DNA from: Promethearchaeota archaeon
Lineage (GTDB): Archaea; Asgardarchaeota; Lokiarchaeia; Sigyniarchaeales; SOKP01
Assembly: GCA_048938895.1 (NCBI GenBank)
Contig: JBHLLU010000005.1
Span: 55,527-119,526, forward strand
Direction: 5' to 3'
DNA length: 64,000 bases
Shown here: piece by piece, positions 40,761 through 50,314 of the stretch
Position numbering within the stretch: position 1 is the first letter of the stretch
How the letters are laid out: each line of letters opens with the position of its first letter
Made by a program: the position numbers and the translations under genes
The notes under the pieces: generated by a model
Database searches by the model: none
Told to the model about the DNA's origin: nothing
Seen by the model: only the letters and a program-made list of their open reading frames with translations

Positions 40761-41822
40761 GTGATTTATATGGGAATGGAATTATGGATAGAATTTATGA
40801 TATTACAGACAATTATTGGATATTGTTTTGCCCTAGCAAATGAGTTTATAGGATTATACAATATCAAAGATTTGAATTTAATGAAAGGGGATTTTACTAT
40901 TGTAAAATTTCATAAGAGGTTTGGTTGGGTAGAAATTTTTATATTCTATGCTATAACAATTCAATGTCTTTATATGTTCTATCTTCATGTAGATGCTTTA
41001 GATCCAAATTTATACCGACCTTCTGGAGTGTGGGCTCATTCTTGGATTGGTGGATTTATAGGATTTGTTCTAGTATCTATAAAATTTGTAATAGCAAGAT
41101 TTAAAAAAGATCAGATCTATAAATATGGACAATATCTTGGACCTATCGGTTTTTTAGGATGGAGTGTAGCACATTGGACAAGCCTTTTTAATTTCTACAC
41201 GGTAGTAGTACCTAATTGGAGATCAGGTGGGTATAATGCCCTTTTTGCACCAATAACCTTTTTATGGGCAGCTATTATTCCTTTTATAGGGGGTGGGACA
41301 CTTTTTCTAATGGTACTTCTCAAAAGAGGATCAACAATGAAAGAAAGAACTCGTTTTACCTTTAATCAACTCGCTTTTGTTCTCCATGGAATTACTTTTG
41401 GATATGAAAAATCTGCAAAAGAATTACTCGGTACTCCGACATTATTCAAATATGTTGTCCCCCAAACTTATGAATTCATCACAAAAATGATGACGATGTC
41501 AGGATTTGATATGGACGATTTTGAAAAATTGAGCCTTTCCGATGCGATGAAAGAGTTTAAAAAGATGGCAGAAAAAATTGGGATGGCTGAAAAAATTCAG
41601 ATCAATTGGGAATCTGATAAAACTTTTACAATCGAATCTGTAAATTGCTCTACTTCCCAAGTTAGAAGTGTAATGACTAAAAAAGAACTAACTAATGCAA
41701 TTTGCCCTTGGGCAATAATCGTTGCTTCAATTGTAAACAAAATAACTGGGAAGGAATTAAAAATGGAACCATCTGAGTTTAATGAAATCGGTGCTATAAC
41801 TAAGCTTACTCTGGTAGATTAG
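40761..41822 (+). CDS. His-containing multi-TM domain fused to a V4R/Bet3-like C-terminal domain
   Basis: About five TM with FHKR, AHSW, AHW; C-terminal VNC...ICPW pattern. Confidence 0.5.
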   Translation: MIYMGMELWIEFMILQTIIGYCFALANEFIGLYNIKDLNLMKGDFTIVKFHKRFGWVEIFIFYAITIQCLYMFYLHVDALDPNLYRPSGVWAHSWIGGFIGFVLVSIKFVIARFKKDQIYKYGQYLGPIGFLGWSVAHWTSLFNFYTVVVPNWRSGGYNALFAPITFLWAAIIPFIGGGTLFLMVLLKRGSTMKERTRFTFNQLAFVLHGITFGYEKSAKELLGTPTLFKYVVPQTYEFITKMMTMSGFDMDDFEKLSLSDAMKEFKKMAEKIGMAEKIQINWESDKTFTIESVNCSTSQVRSVMTKKELTNAICPWAIIVASIVNKITGKELKMEPSEFNEIGAITKLTLVD

Positions 41823-42042
41823 AAAGCAGAATTCATACCTTGGGTTCTAACTTTTATATATTTTGATTCTTGTAATGACAGATGATTATCTGTTCTTAAA
41901 TTGAACAAAATAATTTTTAAAACGTTAAGATTCAAAAATATTTCGAAATCTTAATAAATAGAGGTGTTTTTTTTATTATAGGAATATTATCCTAATCAAA
42001 CGTTTATTTCTTTAAATAAACAAATATCTAAGTAAAAACAAA

Positions 42043-42864
42043 ATGAAAAAGATGAAATTATTTAGAACATTCACAGGTATCATCATTTATTTGTTTCTTC
42101 TTCAAGGCATTATTCTCTTTATAAGCCCAACTGTAAAAGCGAATGATGATATTCCCAACAATTTCAATAGAAACTTGAATTTAGAGGAGGTTTATGTGTA
42201 TAATGTCACTGCGTTCAATACCTCAAAACCTCTTCAGTGGTTAGATGTCGATTGGTTAGCTCCCCCTAAAGGTTATGCTAATACATCAAAAGGAGGTCAG
42301 ATTAAAGTTAACTTCACAGGATTTTATGATAAAGATCCAAATGATTTTTTCAACATTTTTAGCAGTCCGATGCCTTATATGGATATTGAATTCGTCGAAA
42401 ATAGATCAGGGATCTTAGTATCTAATGCTACTTTTTATAACGTTTCAAATGGTGAAGCAGATCTCAATTTATTATTTGGATACAACCAGTTTAAATCTGG
42501 TTTTTTGATCCCAACTAACAATTTTACCTGGTTAAAACAGCAAGCCTATGCTCAGGATCAACCTCCTTTTATGAATGCTACTGTTACAATTCAAGAAACA
42601 GCTGAACGTATAACATTCGAATTTCAACAGAAGACATTCCTCCAACAAACAACAAAATCAATATATGATAAAATCTCTGGGCTGCTTGTTTATACAAATA
42701 CCACATTTGGAAACTACACCCTTGAAATGACAATTTATAATCTCCCAACATTCCCTACAGCAGAGACAATTTCTTCCTTTCAAGTCTACATCATTTACGG
42801 AGTCATTAGTATTATAACACTAGTATCAATTTTAAAAATAAAAAAACGAATAAAACACAATTAA
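42043..42864 (+). CDS. Secreted/cell-surface protein with C-terminal membrane anchor
   Basis: Signal peptide, many N-x-S/T sequons, C-terminal TM followed by KIKKRIK. Confidence 0.7.
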   Translation: MKKMKLFRTFTGIIIYLFLLQGIILFISPTVKANDDIPNNFNRNLNLEEVYVYNVTAFNTSKPLQWLDVDWLAPPKGYANTSKGGQIKVNFTGFYDKDPNDFFNIFSSPMPYMDIEFVENRSGILVSNATFYNVSNGEADLNLLFGYNQFKSGFLIPTNNFTWLKQQAYAQDQPPFMNATVTIQETAERITFEFQQKTFLQQTTKSIYDKISGLLVYTNTTFGNYTLEMTIYNLPTFPTAETISSFQVYIIYGVISIITLVSILKIKKRIKHN

Positions 42865-42901
42865 ATACTTATATTTTTTTTTCAACAATCTCCAATAAGC
42901 A

Positions 42902-43330
42902 ATGAAGAAAACTAAAAAGTATATCTTAATTGGTATTCTCGGTATTTCAAGTTTTACAGGTCTTTTATTATTCAATTTCATTATCCTTCCAAATTTAGTA
43001 TCAAAGGGTAATCAAATCAATTATAATCGGGAGTTACAATTTGAAGTTGTAAATATTTCTTTGTCTATTGACTATTCTGGAGAAATGACTAATGATTTAT
43101 TTCAAAATATAAATTTGACAAATTTTAAGACAACAGCATATCACGTCTTATTGAATTGCTGTGATATACAAATTAGAAATGATCCCATGGGTATCTATGT
43201 CAAAAAAATAAATGGTGTGGGAGAAGGTTGGATCTATTGGATTAATGATGATCCCCTCCCAAATATCCCATCAAACTTTTTTTATCTATTGGATAATGAT
43301 ACTGTGTATTGGAAATATGTTGGGAGATAA
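42902..43330 (+). CDS. Membrane-anchored DUF4430 (transcobalamin C-terminal-like) protein
   Basis: YVKKING, WIYWIN, DNDTVYWKY. Confidence 0.72.
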   Translation: MKKTKKYILIGILGISSFTGLLLFNFIILPNLVSKGNQINYNRELQFEVVNISLSIDYSGEMTNDLFQNINLTNFKTTAYHVLLNCCDIQIRNDPMGIYVKKINGVGEGWIYWINDDPLPNIPSNFFYLLDNDTVYWKYVGR

Positions 43331-43367
43331 TTTGGACTAATTTAATATCGTAAATATCACAAAAATC

Positions 43368-43802
43368 TTAATAATTCCTTTCTTTTGCCTGGATTTTTTT
43401 TAAAATGGGTTCTATATCTCTAAAGGATTTTCGTATTTTATGAAAATAATACCCTAATTTATAACCCTTTTTACAATTGGTAAATAACATAAAATCATTA
43501 TCTGCATCACCGACTAATATAATCGTATACCCCTTTGCCCCTCTAATAACTGCATCTCTAAGCTCACCTTGTTGTAGGCCTTGGCTAATTTTTTCACCAA
43601 GAGAGATTAATGTTGCAGGACTTGCACTGTAAATATCTGCGATAACATCTGCAGTTTCTGAACTAGCAATTCTTAAACCAGTTTTCGATACAATAGCAGT
43701 TCCTTCTAAATCAGTAGAACTTTCTAAGTGTTCTAAGGATCTCATTAACTCATCTAAGATTTCTTGACTAATTTCAATTTCAGAATCTTTAACATTTTCC
43801 AA
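43368..43802 (-). CDS. Roadblock/LC7-domain protein
   Basis: EGTAIVSKTGLRIAS and IRGAKGYTII motifs. Confidence 0.85.
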   Translation of the reverse strand: MENVKDSEIEISQEILDELMRSLEHLESSTDLEGTAIVSKTGLRIASSETADVIADIYSASPATLISLGEKISQGLQQGELRDAVIRGAKGYTIILVGDADNDFMLFTNCKKGYKLGYYFHKIRKSFRDIEPILKKIQAKERNY

Positions 43803-43842
43803 TTTTCACACCTATGTTATAATTATTATGAATTTTAAAAAT

Positions 43843-45261
43843 TTAAATATTTTTTAGATGAAAACTTCGCAATTCTTTTAGATAAACTGGATCTCCCCTT
43901 TTCACATCCTTTTTATTGTTTTGACATCCAATAATTACAGCTCCTTTAGTACCAAATGTATTCAAAACTTTAGTAAAAGGATCTACTAATTTTTTCCCTA
44001 CTATTTTTTTTGCCCCAGTACTACTCTGAGCTAAACCAGTACATATTATACCTTGGGAGTGATCAGGATTCTTAATAATTCCTTTCTTAATTTTATATTT
44101 ATAAAAAATAGGATAATCTTTGTGAATCTTTAAAATTTTTGCTGACCCTAATATTCTAAGAGATGAAGGTGGTAAATCTAATCGACTTATAAGTATTGTC
44201 ATTTTATTCTTTCTGATCAAAACCTTCTCTTTTAAGACTAATATGGCTTTAAATCCAATATTTTTATTTGAGATACTAGTTTGAATTTTCTTTTGTTCCT
44301 GTTCATAAAATGGGAAAATATTTCCAACAACGGTTAACATTCCAATCGTAATGTGTACTTGTGTCCCAAAATCGGTTTTGGCTTTAAATAACCTATTATT
44401 ATTAACCTCTACTTCAATAATGTCAGAAAAATCAAAAACACTAGGATTATTTGTTGCATAGCATCCTCGATATACTTTTTTAACATCTATACCTTTTACA
44501 TTAACTCCTATTCTATCACCAGCTTTCGCAGATTCTACATTTTGATGAAAAATCTGAATGCTTTTTACACGTCCGGAAACATTTATAGGCAAAATGTCTA
44601 AATTTTGATTTAATTTTAATGTACCACTTAATAATGTCCCTGTCAAGATTGCTCCCATACCTTTAATTGGGAAATGATGATCTATAGGCATTATGATATC
44701 TTCTTCAGTATTTCTTGTAATTTCTATTGAATTTATTATTTCTAATATTCCTTTTTTCAATTCCTCAAATCCAGATTTTTTTTTCGCAGAAACAGCATAG
44801 ATTGGTATATTCGAACCATATGATGTAGAATCAAAAAAAATTTTTGTTTTTTCTATTTCCTCTTCAATCTTACCTGAGAAAAGATCGATTTTATTTAAAA
44901 TCACAATAATTTTCTTAATTCCAAGTGATTCAACCATAATGATATGTTCACCAGTTTGTACTTGAGGCCCTTTATTGATATCAATTACAATTAAGGCACA
45001 ATCGATAATCTCTATTGATGAAGCACTAATTTTAATAAGATCAGCATGCCCAGGACCATCAACTAAAGTAACTAAGTAATTTTCCAGTATGAAACTTGTA
45101 AACCCTATATCTATTGTAATTCCCCTTTCTTTACTTTGAGGATGAGCGTCAATACCTGCTGTAGAAATAATATCACTTAGACCTTCAGCAATTTTAGTCT
45201 TCCCAGAATCAATATGTCCGAATAGACCGATATGAACAGGAATTTTATTGATAATATCCAT
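43843..45261 (-). CDS. selB: Selenocysteine-specific elongation factor SelB (archaeal/eEFSec type)
   Basis: GHIDSGKT, QSKERGITIDIGF, DGPGHADL, QTGEH, NKID, SRLDLPP..LRI; tRNA-Sec and SepSecS nearby. Confidence 0.9.
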   Translation of the reverse strand: MDIINKIPVHIGLFGHIDSGKTKIAEGLSDIISTAGIDAHPQSKERGITIDIGFTSFILENYLVTLVDGPGHADLIKISASSIEIIDCALIVIDINKGPQVQTGEHIIMVESLGIKKIIVILNKIDLFSGKIEEEIEKTKIFFDSTSYGSNIPIYAVSAKKKSGFEELKKGILEIINSIEITRNTEEDIIMPIDHHFPIKGMGAILTGTLLSGTLKLNQNLDILPINVSGRVKSIQIFHQNVESAKAGDRIGVNVKGIDVKKVYRGCYATNNPSVFDFSDIIEVEVNNNRLFKAKTDFGTQVHITIGMLTVVGNIFPFYEQEQKKIQTSISNKNIGFKAILVLKEKVLIRKNKMTILISRLDLPPSSLRILGSAKILKIHKDYPIFYKYKIKKGIIKNPDHSQGIICTGLAQSSTGAKKIVGKKLVDPFTKVLNTFGTKGAVIIGCQNNKKDVKRGDPVYLKELRSFHLKNI

Positions 45262-45408
45262 ATTTTTCTAATTTAGTATATGATGTAGTATATTAATTCC
45301 TTATTTTTTGAATTTTAAAACAAATAGACATTTTGGATGAAAACATCTAAATTTAATTATAGCTTTTTTCATCCTAGTTATTATTTTTTAAATATAATAA
45401 ATGAATAA

Positions 45409-46221
45409 TTGGAAAATACTATGAAATATAAAGAAAATTTCATGGAATGGGAAGATCCTGGTGTTGCATTGATCACAGGTGCTTCTTCTGGAATAGGAGC
45501 AGAATTCGCACGACAATTAGCTTCTCAAGGATTTGATTTAATTCTGATCGCTAGACGAGAAGAGAGACTAGAAACATTGAGTAGACAATTACAAGAAAGA
45601 TTTTCAGTCATCGCAGAAGTATTTGTTGGAGATTTATCAAAGATGGATAATAATTATAATATTGTTTCAAAAATAAAAGAAACTAACAATCTTGATATTC
45701 TTATAAATAACGCGGGTTATGGGATTAATAATACCTTTTTAAAAATAGAAGTTTCGGAGCATATTGACATGATAAATGTCCATTTTACTAGCGCTGTAAT
45801 GTTTTGTCATGCTGCTCTTCCAGGAATGATGAAAAGAGAAAGAGGAGTCATTATCAATACATCTTCGACAGCTGCGATTCACAAAAGTCCTATGAGTGTT
45901 ATGTACACGAGTACAAAATCTGCTCTCACTGTTTTTAGTGAAATTTTGCAGGAAAAAGTAAAAAATTCTAATATCTATATACAAAGCTTATGTCCTGGAT
46001 TCACTTATTCCGAGTTTCATGACACAGACTCGATGCGTGGTTTTCAACGTAGTTGGTTTCCTAAAGAATCTTGGATGGCATCAGAGGATGTTGTACGCTT
46101 ATCTCTAAATGCTGTAAAAAATGGGGATATTGTGTTTGTCCCAGGAGATTTAAATCAAAATTACACCAAAAAAGTGCGCGAATCCACAGTAGAGCAATAT
46201 CTAAATGGAAAAAGATTATAA
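45409..46221 (+). CDS. Short-chain dehydrogenase/reductase
   Basis: TGASSGIG, NNAG, YxxxK (YTSTK), LCPGF. Confidence 0.93.
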   Translation: MENTMKYKENFMEWEDPGVALITGASSGIGAEFARQLASQGFDLILIARREERLETLSRQLQERFSVIAEVFVGDLSKMDNNYNIVSKIKETNNLDILINNAGYGINNTFLKIEVSEHIDMINVHFTSAVMFCHAALPGMMKRERGVIINTSSTAAIHKSPMSVMYTSTKSALTVFSEILQEKVKNSNIYIQSLCPGFTYSEFHDTDSMRGFQRSWFPKESWMASEDVVRLSLNAVKNGDIVFVPGDLNQNYTKKVRESTVEQYLNGKRL

Positions 46222-46326
46222 ATTGGCTTAGAAGTTTCCTTGAATCTATAAAAATTGGACTCGGTTAATTTTATTTATTACATTCATTATAAATATAATA
46301 TAGTAAAAATTTCATATGTGAAGTTT

Positions 46327-47202
46327 ATGGCTAAGTTTTGTCCCTATTGTGGTTCACCTGTTAAAGCAACCGATAAATTCTGTATTATTTGCGGTAAGCC
46401 TCTTCTTACAGATATCCCAAAACAGGAAAGTGACTCTAAAATTAAAGTAACTAAGATAGAAGTAGAAAGAGAGAAAGTTGAAGAGAAATCAAAAGATGAT
46501 GTAGCAAAGGAAGAAGTTGATAAAGACATACTTGAGCTTGAAGAAGCAAGGCAGGAGAAAAAGAAAATAAGGAAACCAAAAGGTTTAAAAGATGCAAAAC
46601 CACTTCCTGAAGATGTTAAGGAACAGATGGTATTTTATATTGAATATAATGATATTCAATTAAATAAGAAAGTTTTGCTGGAAAGGTTAAATGAAATTTC
46701 GAAATTAACTAAAGATCCAAGATATGAATATGAATTAGAATATAAAAAAGAAGTTAATATAAAACTTGAAGCTATTAAAACTCTAATTGATGAAATGAAA
46801 CAAAAGGAAACTGTGATTAAGCAAAACTTAGAAGAACCATTCATTGTTCAACGAATAAATTCAGATATCGAGACTAAGATATTCCAGCTTGAGAATTTGA
46901 CTCGTGAACATAAATTACACAAAGTGGATAGAGAAACATTTGAAAAATTGCGAGAGAAATATAAACAAGAGAAATTAGAACTGGAAACCGATAGAGAAGA
47001 TTTATTAGAAGGAATGAAATTATGGATACAGGATTTGAAATTAGAAAAAGCAGAAATATCTGGTGAACGCAAACTCAATAAAGGACAATTTCATTCAAAA
47101 GAAATCTCAGAAGAGGAATATGATAATCGAGATAAAGATTTAGATTTAAAAATTAAGAAAATTGATACTAAGATTAAAACCTTAGAAAAATTAACAAATT
47201 AA
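46327..47202 (+). CDS. Zinc-ribbon plus CdvA-like coiled-coil protein
   Basis: MAKFCPYCG..FCIICG ribbon (likely true start 46327); two CdvA-type helical repeats (KVDRETFEKLREKY, EISEEEY). Confidence 0.6.
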   Translation: MAKFCPYCGSPVKATDKFCIICGKPLLTDIPKQESDSKIKVTKIEVEREKVEEKSKDDVAKEEVDKDILELEEARQEKKKIRKPKGLKDAKPLPEDVKEQMVFYIEYNDIQLNKKVLLERLNEISKLTKDPRYEYELEYKKEVNIKLEAIKTLIDEMKQKETVIKQNLEEPFIVQRINSDIETKIFQLENLTREHKLHKVDRETFEKLREKYKQEKLELETDREDLLEGMKLWIQDLKLEKAEISGERKLNKGQFHSKEISEEEYDNRDKDLDLKIKKIDTKIKTLEKLTN

Positions 47203-47252
47203 AAATATCCTAAAACTATTTTTATAAAGAAATATTTTTACATTCAATAATC

Positions 47253-47378
47253 ATGAGAAACAAGATAATCGGTATTATAATACTTCTAATAGCGTTTTCC
47301 TTATTAACAATAGGGATAGCTCAAGGGCAACAAAATATTATTAATCTTCTCTATGATAAAATGGTAAGTATCCCTTAA
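47253..47378 (+). CDS. Putative 41-aa single-TM microprotein (not in the ORF track)
   Basis: MRNKIIGIIILLIAFSLLTIGIAQGQQNIINLLYDKMVSIP; TTTATAAA box about 25-32 nt upstream. Confidence 0.5.
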   Translation: MRNKIIGIIILLIAFSLLTIGIAQGQQNIINLLYDKMVSIP

Positions 47379-47638
47379 ATCTCCCATTTTCCCTTTTTAG
47401 AAGCGGTTGTGTTATCTAAAAAGCCCTTCTTCTGCAAATTCTTTTCTTGGGATTTTCGAAATTTATTAGATTGACTATAATGTTCCTTACATAAGTAAAT
47501 TCTACGATTAGAGCTGTTTTTAAGTTTTAATCCTGCTTTTTCAATATATTTCTCCCAAGCATTCTCTGAAAGAGAACGAATTGCATTCTCATTACAAGTT
47601 TTTACTGAACACTTTCGAGTTTTAGTATTGCCCCCCAT
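47375..47638 (-). CDS. Small basic C2CH zinc-binding archaeal protein
   Basis: CSVKTC...YLCKEHY; likely start MGGNTK at 47638. Confidence 0.6.
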   Translation of the reverse strand: MGGNTKTRKCSVKTCNENAIRSLSENAWEKYIEKAGLKLKNSSNRRIYLCKEHYSQSNKFRKSQEKNLQKKGFLDNTTASKKGKWEI

Positions 47639-47748
47639 TTCTCTTTTATCTCTTAGTTCCTTCGGAAGTTTCATCGATATACACTTGGTAAAAACTTTAT
47701 TAGGATTAAATATTATGTAGAGTAAAATAAACAATATCTTAAAATTCT

Positions 47749-48444
47749 TTGCTAAAACAGATGGATAAGGTTAACTTAATTTTCGATGAAAGTTTAATAA
47801 AGACCAAAATTTTTCCTTGCGATTCTGCTTCAAGGACTTCCCTTGATGATAATTTTTTTACGAAAGCAGCTGTTCTTTTCTCAATAGTCCCCCACGTAAA
47901 TAAGCCCTATGAGCTTATATTAATTCACCGCTCAAATGAGGGTAACAGACATAGGGGAGAAATGTCTTTTCCTGGAGGGAAATTTGAACCGAAATTTGAC
48001 AAATCTTTAGAAGACACAGCTTTAAGAGAAACGGAGGAAGAAATTGGTGTACCAAGAGACAAAATTAGAATCATAGGTTGTTTGGATGATTTTCCTACTA
48101 TTTCGAAATTTATTGTCACTCCTTATCTTGGACTTATAAATAAAGAACAAAAACTCATAAGAGATGAAAGAGAAGTTCAAAAAATCTTGAAAGTCCCGAT
48201 TGATTTTTTTATAAATAAAGTGAATTTCACTGAGCAAGACTTTAGTGTAGCCGATGAAAGATTCCCTGTTTTTTATTATAACTATTTTAACGAAGAAAAT
48301 GGGCAATTCTATACTATTTGGGGGGCTACTGCCTTTTTAATAACACATTTTCTTGAGCGAGTCTATAATATTCAAATCGGGACAAATAAGGCAAGACGAC
48401 CTTCTCTGGAAGATATAATCAGAAGACATCAATATTTAAAATAA
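47749..48444 (+). CDS. Nudix CoA pyrophosphatase (NudL/PCD1 family)
   Basis: HRGEMSFPGG, TALRETEEEIG, IWGATA. Confidence 0.9.
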   Translation: MLKQMDKVNLIFDESLIKTKIFPCDSASRTSLDDNFFTKAAVLFSIVPHVNKPYELILIHRSNEGNRHRGEMSFPGGKFEPKFDKSLEDTALRETEEEIGVPRDKIRIIGCLDDFPTISKFIVTPYLGLINKEQKLIRDEREVQKILKVPIDFFINKVNFTEQDFSVADERFPVFYYNYFNEENGQFYTIWGATAFLITHFLERVYNIQIGTNKARRPSLEDIIRRHQYLK

Positions 48445-48848
48445 GAGATTCTCAATTCTTGGAGCTAGAATTGTCATATTTTATTCTTACCAATTTACTT
48501 CCATATTCGGAACAATTTTTGCATTCGGGAATTTTACATAAAAAACTAATTTTTGGGAGTGAACAAGTTTGATAAAATGGACACTCAGATAAGATAAGAA
48601 TCCTTGAAAGTATTGAATCACTAATCAAAATTCAATCTCTTTTTTTGTGATTTTACACAAAGTAACTTTTGTTTATTTAAAAAAAGAAAAACAGTTCAAA
48701 ATTAGTAAATCACTATCCAAATTAGTCTTATTTAAAGGAAAAAGAATCATAAGACAATATAATTTCTAGAAAATATCTTTTTTTGATAAAAATTAAGAAT
48801 AAAGTTCAATTAAAATTATAAATTTAGTGTATTTATTACATTGAAATA

Positions 48849-50081
48849 TTGAAGGTATTTAATATGAAATATAGAAAAATGGGTTCACTTGAATGGGAAG
48901 TTTCTGCTCTTGGTTTTGGAGCAATGAGGCTTCCAGTGAATCAAATGATGCAAGTAGATGAAGAAGAATCGATTAAAATGATACGCTATGCAATTGATCA
49001 CGGAGTAAATTATGTTGACACAGCTTATCCTTATCATAATGGTGTTAGCGAAGTAGTAGTGGGTAAAGCCTTAAAAGATGGGTATCGTGAAAAGGTTCAT
49101 CTTACTACAAAATCACCAGTCTGGATGATTAAAAAACCAGAAGATTTTGATACTTTTCTGAATGAACAGATTGAGAGATTACAAACAAATCCCGATATTT
49201 ATCTTTTTCATGGGTTAAACAAAAATAGACTTGAGAAAATTAAAAATTTAAATCTAATTGCAAAAATGGAAGAAGCTAAAACCAAGGGATTGATCAAATA
49301 TATTGGATTTTCATTTCATGATAATTTAGAAGCGTTCAAAGAAATTATAGACTATTACAACTGGGATTGTTGCCAAATCCAATATAATTATCTTGATATT
49401 GAGTATCAAGCTGGAACAAAAGGAGTAGAATATGCTGGCTCTAAGGGTATTGCATTAATAATTATGGAGCCAATTCGCGGTGGAAAGCTAGCTATTCCAG
49501 ATAATGTTTTAGATAGAAAACCCGAAATAAAAGAAGTTCTTGATAAATCTGAAATAAAAAGAAGTATGCCTGATTGGGCATTACAGTTCGTTTGGAATCA
49601 TCCAGAAGTTTCAGTAGTATTAAGTGGAATGAGTAATATGCAACAAGTTGTTGAAAATGTTAAATCTGCAGAAAATTCAGGGATAGGTATATTAACAAAG
49701 GAAGAATTAAAATCTATTTCTGAATTACGTGAGTCTTATAGCAAATATATTATCATCCCATGTACTAGTTGTAGTTATTGTCTTCCCTGTCCTAACGAAG
49801 TCAACATCCCCCAAGTTCTTAGATTGGTAAATGATCTCTATTACTGGGGTGATCGAGGTAAGCCTAGAATTGCTTTCTTCTATAGTAGAATGGCAAAAAC
49901 AGAAGAAGATTATGAAAAAAGGAAGGCTCAAGGAGAAGAAGTTGAAGGTGCGGCAGCATTATGTATACAATGTGGAGAATGCCTCGATAAATGTCCTCAG
50001 CAGATTGATATTCCACATTGGATGGAAAAAGCTAATGAATTGTTTGAAGAACAAAAAAGTGTATCAGAAGTATTTGACTAG
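48849..50081 (+). CDS. Aldo/keto reductase with C-terminal Fe-S dicluster
   Basis: LGFGAMRLP, DTAYPYH, IGFSFH, CTSCSYCLPCP, CIQCGECLDKCP. Confidence 0.92.
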   Translation: MKVFNMKYRKMGSLEWEVSALGFGAMRLPVNQMMQVDEEESIKMIRYAIDHGVNYVDTAYPYHNGVSEVVVGKALKDGYREKVHLTTKSPVWMIKKPEDFDTFLNEQIERLQTNPDIYLFHGLNKNRLEKIKNLNLIAKMEEAKTKGLIKYIGFSFHDNLEAFKEIIDYYNWDCCQIQYNYLDIEYQAGTKGVEYAGSKGIALIIMEPIRGGKLAIPDNVLDRKPEIKEVLDKSEIKRSMPDWALQFVWNHPEVSVVLSGMSNMQQVVENVKSAENSGIGILTKEELKSISELRESYSKYIIIPCTSCSYCLPCPNEVNIPQVLRLVNDLYYWGDRGKPRIAFFYSRMAKTEEDYEKRKAQGEEVEGAAALCIQCGECLDKCPQQIDIPHWMEKANELFEEQKSVSEVFD

Positions 50082-50088
50082 TATTATT

Positions 50089-50181
50089 GGCCCTTGACGG
50101 TTGGAGTGGTCTCTGACGCTGGGCTTCAAACCCAGTTATCCTGCGGAGGGATAGGGGTTCGATTCCCCTCGAGGGCCGCCA
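50089..50181 (+). tRNA. selC: tRNA-Sec (anticodon UCA), 9/4 fold, CCA encoded
   Basis: 9-bp acceptor GGCCCTTGA/TCGAGGGCC, 7-bp D stem with TGGT loop, anticodon TCA at 50126-50128, long variable arm, 4-bp T stem, G73-CCA. Confidence 0.96.
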
Positions 50182-50314
50182 ATTTGATTCCAAAAAACTA
50201 AATTTTTTTTCATTATTTTATTTAACTTTATCCTATGTAAAAATAGCAAAAGAATTATTTGAAAAATGCTTTATTAATTTTATTTAGCTTGTATCATTTG
50301 ATAAGTGATTTAAA

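Noticed and set aside
49831-50097. 88-aa ORF overlapping the AKR gene and tRNA-Sec
   Set aside because: Alternate-frame shadow ORF with no protein features.
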